From Diplonema japonicum (taxonomy: Eukaryota > Protista > Euglenozoa: Diplonemea), in NCBI GenBank assembly GCA_964019335.1, contig OZ025691.1:1-64000 (forward strand): a DNA stretch of 64,000 nt. The letters are read 5' to 3'. The notes under the pieces are model-generated. The model saw only the letters and a list, made by a program, of their open reading frames with translations. It made no database searches and was not told the DNA's origin. Both the position numbers and the translations under genes were made by a program. Positions 58,993-64,000 of this stretch are shown piece after piece. Position 1 is the first letter of the stretch; every line of letters starts with the position of its first letter.

Positions 58993-61900
58993 TCAGATGA
59001 GGTCCATCCTCTTCAGGTAGGAGGCGGTTTCACTCACCCTCATTGTGAGCATCTCCTTCGTGGTCGTGGGGATGTCATCCCCGAAGATCTCTTCGCGGAC
59101 CTTGTCTCCAGCTGGGCACCCGATCAGCAGATGGTGTCTGTCCTGGATCGAATGGCACGAGAGGCAACGTATGTCATTCTGGACGGGTTTCGACAGGAAA
59201 CCGCAAGTCAGGTGGCTCCTGCCCGTTCGCAGTCTCGTTATCTGTACCTCATCGTGTCTGCAGGACAGTTCCTTCAAGGGGAGGTACCTCGCGCCGATCT
59301 CCTCTCGGTACTTCTTGTCCCGACCCGTCTTCTCCCACGAGGCTGCCCAGTCGCGGTTCACCGACCTCTTGATGAGGCTCTTTGTGGTCATCAGGTCCGT
59401 CGGTCCGTCCGGTGTCGACTCCTTTGCGGCGCGTTTGGCGTGTCGGTCGGCTTGCTCGTTACCTGGTAGGCCGCAGTGTCCGGGAACGTACTGGATGATG
59501 GTGGAGAGGCCTTGGCGGTCAAGCGCGTCCAGCCATTTCCAAGCCAGCAGTTCCTCCTTCTGCCTCATCTCTCTGTGGCCCTGCATCAGTCTTCTGATCA
59601 CCGACTGGGAGTCCGAGCACAGCAGCACTACTCCGGTCGTCACACCTTGTCTCCGGGTATGGTACAGTGTCAATTGCAGCCCCAGGTTCAGCGCTTTCAG
59701 TTCGCATCGGTAGGCCGAAGTCACTGCTCCTCCGCTCTTGCGTGCCTGCTTCGGTGTGTCAGACCCGATCCTTATCACAGCTGCCGAACCGCCGTTCCTG
59801 TGTCCGGTGACTGACCCGTCGGTGTAGACGATCACATCTGGGATGCCGTGCCTCCTGATCGATTCGAAGGCCGCTCGGAGTTTGAGACTTTTTTCGTCCT
59901 TCTTGTGTACCTTGCGGACTAGGTCGGGGTGGAACAGGACTTTGGGTTGGACCCATGGAGGGAGCTGCAGGTCTGCGCTCTGAGTGACTGAGTGGTGTGG
60001 TAGGTCTTCGCGTTCCGGCATCCCGTGACTCTTCGCCAAGTCGAGCGCGGTGTTTCGCCAGCTTTTCCCGTACCACATCTGACCCCCGGATATCTTTGTT
60101 GCCTTCTCCGCTGTCGTCCCCGGTTGACGCTGTGCCTTCTCGTAGAGCACCAGGGTGTCGTGTTCCAGCAAGGATTCAATCTCCCAGATGCCCGCCTCTG
60201 ACCTGGTCACCGTCGCGGAAGTCTTGTCGAAGCATCCCGTTATCAACCTCGCTGCTGTGTATTGTAGCGAGTCGAACTCGGCCAGAGCAGCATGTCCCAC
60301 GAAGTTGCCGTAAGCACCGAGACAGTAGCGCAGAACCGGTTGGACGTACGTCAGGTACAGCGTCCTTAGGGTGTGCTTGCGGCAGCCCCACCTTGTTCCG
60401 GCGAGTTTGCGCAGCAGGCGAAGACGGCTGTTGATCTTTCCCTTCACCTTCTGCACATGCTCGTGGAAGTTCATGCTTTCGTCGAAGGTGACGCCAAGAT
60501 ATTTAGCCTCGCGTACCACCTTGACTTTCGCCCCACTCGAGGGGAAGCGGGCGTTGATGAGGTTTGCGAGACTGTCGTGCGAGTTCCAGAACTGTCCCTC
60601 TACCGGCATGAACTCTGTCTTTTCCTGGGACAGTTTCATCGAGAACGTCTCGCACCATCGCTCCGTGAGGCTCACCGCGCGTTGCACCTTCTTGTTCAGC
60701 TCGGCAGGACTCCCCGCCTCCAGCACTATCGCTATGTCGTCTGCGTACACTACCGCGTCGATTCCAGCCTTCCTGTACAACCTGGCCAGGTCGTTGACGT
60801 AGATGGAAAAGAGCTGCGGGGCCAGGATGGTGCCTTGGGGTACGCCCCCTGTCATTGTCTTCACGCAGCCGTGTTCCCCGTTCACACTGACGGAGGCTTT
60901 ACGTTGGTCGAGGAAAGAGGTGATCCATTTCACGAGCTTGGGAGGGTAACCGTCGCCTATCAGCTTTGCGATCACTCCCTTGTGCCAGACTGTGTCGAAG
61001 GCTCCTTTGAAGTCGAACAGCAGGAGACCCCCCAGACCTTGGCTCAGCCTGACACTTTTGAGCTTTGAGGCGGCGTACAGCACGTTTTCCTCCGTGGACC
61101 TCCCTTTCCGGAAACCCGCCTGCGATGTGTGCAATTGCCTTACCCGTCCTGTGTCCTGCAGGAAGCACATCCTGTCCTTGACTATTCGCTCCAACGTCTT
61201 CACGATGTTTGACGTCAGCGCGATCGGCCTGTACGAGGCGGGTTCGGATTGGTCTTTGCCCTTTTTCATGAGGGGGATGATGGAAGACCGCCTCCATTCG
61301 GCAGGGACGACACCGGTCTGGAGGGATGAGTTGTAGAGGAGGAGTTGAACTTCCCTGGCCACCGGTCCCAGGTACTTCAGCATTTCGTTGTAGATGCCGT
61401 CTGGGCCCGGAGCCTTGCCCTTCTTCAGCCTTCGCAGCACCGAGTCCAGCTCGTCCTTCGTTACCAGGGGGAAGTCGTTGTCTGTCCCGGGCTTCGCGTC
61501 CTTCTTGATGGTGGTGATCACTTCCTCCGACTTGGCAGTCGTCCTTGGGGAGCAGGCCCTCGCGTAGTGTTCGACGAGTACACTGGCCTTCTCCCTGTCG
61601 GTGGTGGCGATACCGTTTCCTCGTTGGAGCGGGGCTATTGGTGGCTTCTCGCTGCGACCGTCGAATCTGCGGATGACCGAGAAGGCTTGCGTCAGGTTTC
61701 CGTCCTTGGACAACTTCTTGGTGTAGTCGCCCCAGGCAGCCTGCTTCCCGCTCGTTATCGCCCTGTCCAGCTCAGCCTCCATCGCCGCTAGACGTGCCAG
61801 GTCTTCGTCGTTCCCGTCGTGATCCTCGGACAACAGCTTCGCCTTCAGTGTGCTTCGTCGCCTTGCGAGTGCGTCAATCTCGTCGTTCCACCAAACCTTC

Positions 61901-63318
61901 CCTTTCTTCTGTCCTTTCCTGGGGACGCACGATTCGGTTGCCGATAGAAGAAGTGTGCGAAACTCAGCGTTTAGCCTTATCGGGTCTCTGGCCCTGAGCA
62001 GCCTGCTGCACTTTTCTTCCATCGTCTCCCTGTACGCGCTCCTTGCCTCCCTCCCCCAAGAGTAGAGTACTCTTCTGGTCGGTTGGCTGACTCCCCCTCT
62101 CAGACTGAAGAACATCGGAACGTGGTCTGAGCCCATTGCTGGCAACGTCCTCCAAGAAGATTTGTCGAACTCTGCGCCGCTCATTACCATGTCCGGAGAG
62201 GTTGGGTTTCCTGACGGGTTCAGGATCGTGGCTTCGCTGCTCTTGTTCCATGTGCTGTAGCCCCATCGCAGCATCCAGCTGTGCAGTATTTCTCCCAGCT
62301 TATTCGGTGTGCCCCTTTTGTCCCACATCGTGTGGTGGGCGTTCATGTCACCGGCGATGATGGTGTGACTGTCATGAGGCAGCTCTGCCGGGCGGAAATA
62401 TTTCTCGGGGGGTGGTCTGTCGTCGCCGTCTCTACCCGTTGTCGGAGGCAGGTACAGGTTGACGAGTCTGTACGGCTTCCGGTTGGGCAGCGAGATCTCT
62501 ACGTCGAGTCTTTCCGTCACGTCGCTGGGTTTCTGAATAACTTCGATCTGTTTCGACGGTATCGATTCTCTGACCAGTGTGACGAGACCCCCTCCGCTGA
62601 TTTGCTTTCCTCTTTTCACCGGTCGTGTTCGGTCTCGGCGGTATGCCTTGAACCCAGTGAAGACTCCGGTTATATCTTTCGACGGCCTCAGGAAAGTCTC
62701 TTGGAGTAGGAGCACGTCGATGTTGTGTGTCTCAATGCCCTTCAGCAGCTGCGCTGTGGTGCTCACCGTTAGGGATCTGACATTGAGAGACAGTACGTTG
62801 ATGTTGTTGGGTGGTGGTGTTGTGTTGGAGTGTGCCTGTGAGAGAGAGGAAGTAGAGGGGACGGGAGGGAGAGAGTGTTCAACTCTTGTTGTCTTTTCGG
62901 TGGTTGGACCGGGGTTCGCTTCTATGTCCCCGCAGCTCAGTAAGTGTTTTCCGTGCGGACCGCTGGCTGCGGGATTTCTGCGAATGTGAAGATTGCCTGT
63001 GTGGTCACCCCTAGGTCCAGGCCTTTGGATACTGGGTAATACTTCGTCACCGGTGACGGGAGTTTGTGAGTGCTTGTTTGGGGAGGAATTGTGCGTGGAG
63101 AGAGGGAAAGATGAGGGATGGTGATGTGGTGATGATGTGCTGCCTTTGCGGTCACCCCAGCTTCCAGGGCTTGAGAGGCTGGGTAGTACTTCATCTTCGT
63201 TTAGATGGGGTGTAGTGTTGGGGGTTTGGGAGTAGGGACAGGGAGTGAGAGACGGTGTGGGAAAGGGGGTGAAAGGGGTGTTGAATGAGATTGCACGGCC
63301 CTTAGTACTGGCCTTCAA
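58993..63318 (-). CDS. LINE pol: 2A peptide, AP endonuclease, reverse transcriptase, RNase H, CCHC
   Basis: LQET, GDMNAH, SDH; KAPGPDG, GVPQG, YADD; YTDGS, PGH.G..GNE.AD; CLSC......HLLIGC. No AUG before the APE domain. Confidence 0.95.
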   Translation of the reverse strand: MKASTKGRAISFNTPFTPFPTPSLTPCPYSQTPNTTPHLNEDEVLPSLSSPGSWGDRKGSTSSPHHHPSSFPLSTHNSSPNKHSQTPVTGDEVLPSIQRPGPRGDHTGNLHIRRNPAASGPHGKHLLSCGDIEANPGPTTEKTTRVEHSLPPVPSTSSLSQAHSNTTPPPNNINVLSLNVRSLTVSTTAQLLKGIETHNIDVLLLQETFLRPSKDITGVFTGFKAYRRDRTRPVKRGKQISGGGLVTLVRESIPSKQIEVIQKPSDVTERLDVEISLPNRKPYRLVNLYLPPTTGRDGDDRPPPEKYFRPAELPHDSHTIIAGDMNAHHTMWDKRGTPNKLGEILHSWMLRWGYSTWNKSSEATILNPSGNPTSPDMVMSGAEFDKSSWRTLPAMGSDHVPMFFSLRGGVSQPTRRVLYSWGREARSAYRETMEEKCSRLLRARDPIRLNAEFRTLLLSATESCVPRKGQKKGKVWWNDEIDALARRRSTLKAKLLSEDHDGNDEDLARLAAMEAELDRAITSGKQAAWGDYTKKLSKDGNLTQAFSVIRRFDGRSEKPPIAPLQRGNGIATTDREKASVLVEHYARACSPRTTAKSEEVITTIKKDAKPGTDNDFPLVTKDELDSVLRRLKKGKAPGPDGIYNEMLKYLGPVAREVQLLLYNSSLQTGVVPAEWRRSSIIPLMKKGKDQSEPASYRPIALTSNIVKTLERIVKDRMCFLQDTGRVRQLHTSQAGFRKGRSTEENVLYAASKLKSVRLSQGLGGLLLFDFKGAFDTVWHKGVIAKLIGDGYPPKLVKWITSFLDQRKASVSVNGEHGCVKTMTGGVPQGTILAPQLFSIYVNDLARLYRKAGIDAVVYADDIAIVLEAGSPAELNKKVQRAVSLTERWCETFSMKLSQEKTEFMPVEGQFWNSHDSLANLINARFPSSGAKVKVVREAKYLGVTFDESMNFHEHVQKVKGKINSRLRLLRKLAGTRWGCRKHTLRTLYLTYVQPVLRYCLGAYGNFVGHAALAEFDSLQYTAARLITGCFDKTSATVTRSEAGIWEIESLLEHDTLVLYEKAQRQPGTTAEKATKISGGQMWYGKSWRNTALDLAKSHGMPEREDLPHHSVTQSADLQLPPWVQPKVLFHPDLVRKVHKKDEKSLKLRAAFESIRRHGIPDVIVYTDGSVTGHRNGGSAAVIRIGSDTPKQARKSGGAVTSAYRCELKALNLGLQLTLYHTRRQGVTTGVVLLCSDSQSVIRRLMQGHREMRQKEELLAWKWLDALDRQGLSTIIQYVPGHCGLPGNEQADRHAKRAAKESTPDGPTDLMTTKSLIKRSVNRDWAASWEKTGRDKKYREEIGARYLPLKELSCRHDEVQITRLRTGRSHLTCGFLSKPVQNDIRCLSCHSIQDRHHLLIGCPAGDKVREEIFGDDIPTTTKEMLTMRVSETASYLKRMDLI

Positions 63319-64000
63319 CCTTCCTTTTTACGGGAGGGTTCACCTTGTGCAGGGGCGTTGTCTGCGAGGGGGTGGTGTGTAGGGTTGTCTGCCTAGTTGT
63401 GGCAACTCCTACGAGCCTTTCGGCTGGTGGGGGGGTGTCGTAGCATAAAGGTGCTACGGTACCCTTTCTCTCCGGTGTCGCAGCGTGCCTGGGGCAGTCT
63501 GGGGTGTCAGTCCCCTCGTCAGCGCCATCGGTGGACGGCACGTGTCCCCTCTGTTCTGGGGACCCGTCTGCCTCCTCGGAGGTTCCTGGTGGGGGGGCTC
63601 CTGTAGTCAAGTGGATGAGTAATCTGTTCATCCCTTGCTTCAGCTCCTCCACCGACCGCTCCGTCCTCTCCGATGACGCCTTCAAGGAAGAAATCTCCCC
63701 CCTCAGGCCACCAAGCTCGCCCTCCACCAGGCCCACCCTCCTGTTCAGCTCCTCAGTCCTCTCGTCCGTACGCACCCCTCTCATCTCCACCTCTTCCACC
63801 TTCCTCTCGCACGCCTTCTCCCACAGCCCGGCCTGTTCCCTCGCCTGCTCCAACTCGGCAATCCGCCTGTCCATGGCTTCCCTCCAACCCCAGTCGTCCT
63901 CCATCCCGCCTCCCTCTTCCTTCTCGGCGCTCTCCAGCGCCTGGATCCTCGCCTCCAGCTTCTCCTCTCTTTCCCTGGCCTCGGCCTTCCTTTTTGCGGC
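63302..64000 (-). CDS. LINE ORF1, coiled-coil (partial)
   Basis: Heptad-rich ORF upstream of and overlapping pol, open toward the window edge. Confidence 0.75.
   Translation of the reverse strand, partial: AAKRKAEAREREEKLEARIQALESAEKEEGGGMEDDWGWREAMDRRIAELEQAREQAGLWEKACERKVEEVEMRGVRTDERTEELNRRVGLVEGELGGLRGEISSLKASSERTERSVEELKQGMNRLLIHLTTGAPPPGTSEEADGSPEQRGHVPSTDGADEGTDTPDCPRHAATPERKGTVAPLCYDTPPPAERLVGVATTRQTTLHTTPSQTTPLHKVNPPVKRKVEGQY

Larger units (their letters stand above)
58919..64000 (-). mobile_element. LINE retrotransposon (ingi/I-group-like), 5' end beyond the window
   Basis: ORF1 + APE-RT-RNase H ORF, short 3' UTR, poly(A) tail (T-run ~58919-58947). Confidence 0.95.

Overview
Eukaryotic protist DNA, most consistent with a euglenozoan and probably a diplonemid. 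This is inferred from about 19 co-oriented genes, a PA26-type activation loop, a DHS pseudoenzyme, AGA-type snoRNA hairpins, a DUF4116 protein and an L1Tc/ingi-like 2A LINE. A + strand gene cluster (5.3-54.4 kb) with homopolymer-rich spacers lies between tRNA-Met (left) and tRNA-Pro (right), each surrounded by transposon remnants. Recognisable genes include RPB9, oligopeptidase A, an NDUFAF8-like protein, deoxyhypusine synthase (catalytic Lys missing), IFT25, transaldolase, a PHO80/CYC2-type cyclin, a CLC transporter and two PA28/PA26 paralogues. The best candidate for an undescribed system is a possibly co-adapted splicing arrangement: mostly 33-72 nt GT-AG introns, many filled with poly(A) instead of a polypyrimidine tract and with GTRYG donors, plus a U1-like RNA next to tRNA-Pro whose 5' end (AUACGUACC) has the compensating G. 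Also notable are a ~2,700-aa protein whose degenerate kinesin motor is split by two LamG domains and fused to a caspase-like fold and ARM repeats, a repeated polycistronic snoRNA array, and TA-linked trains of DNA transposons. All calls come from manual motif reading with no database searches. Homopolymer lengths may contain sequencing error.
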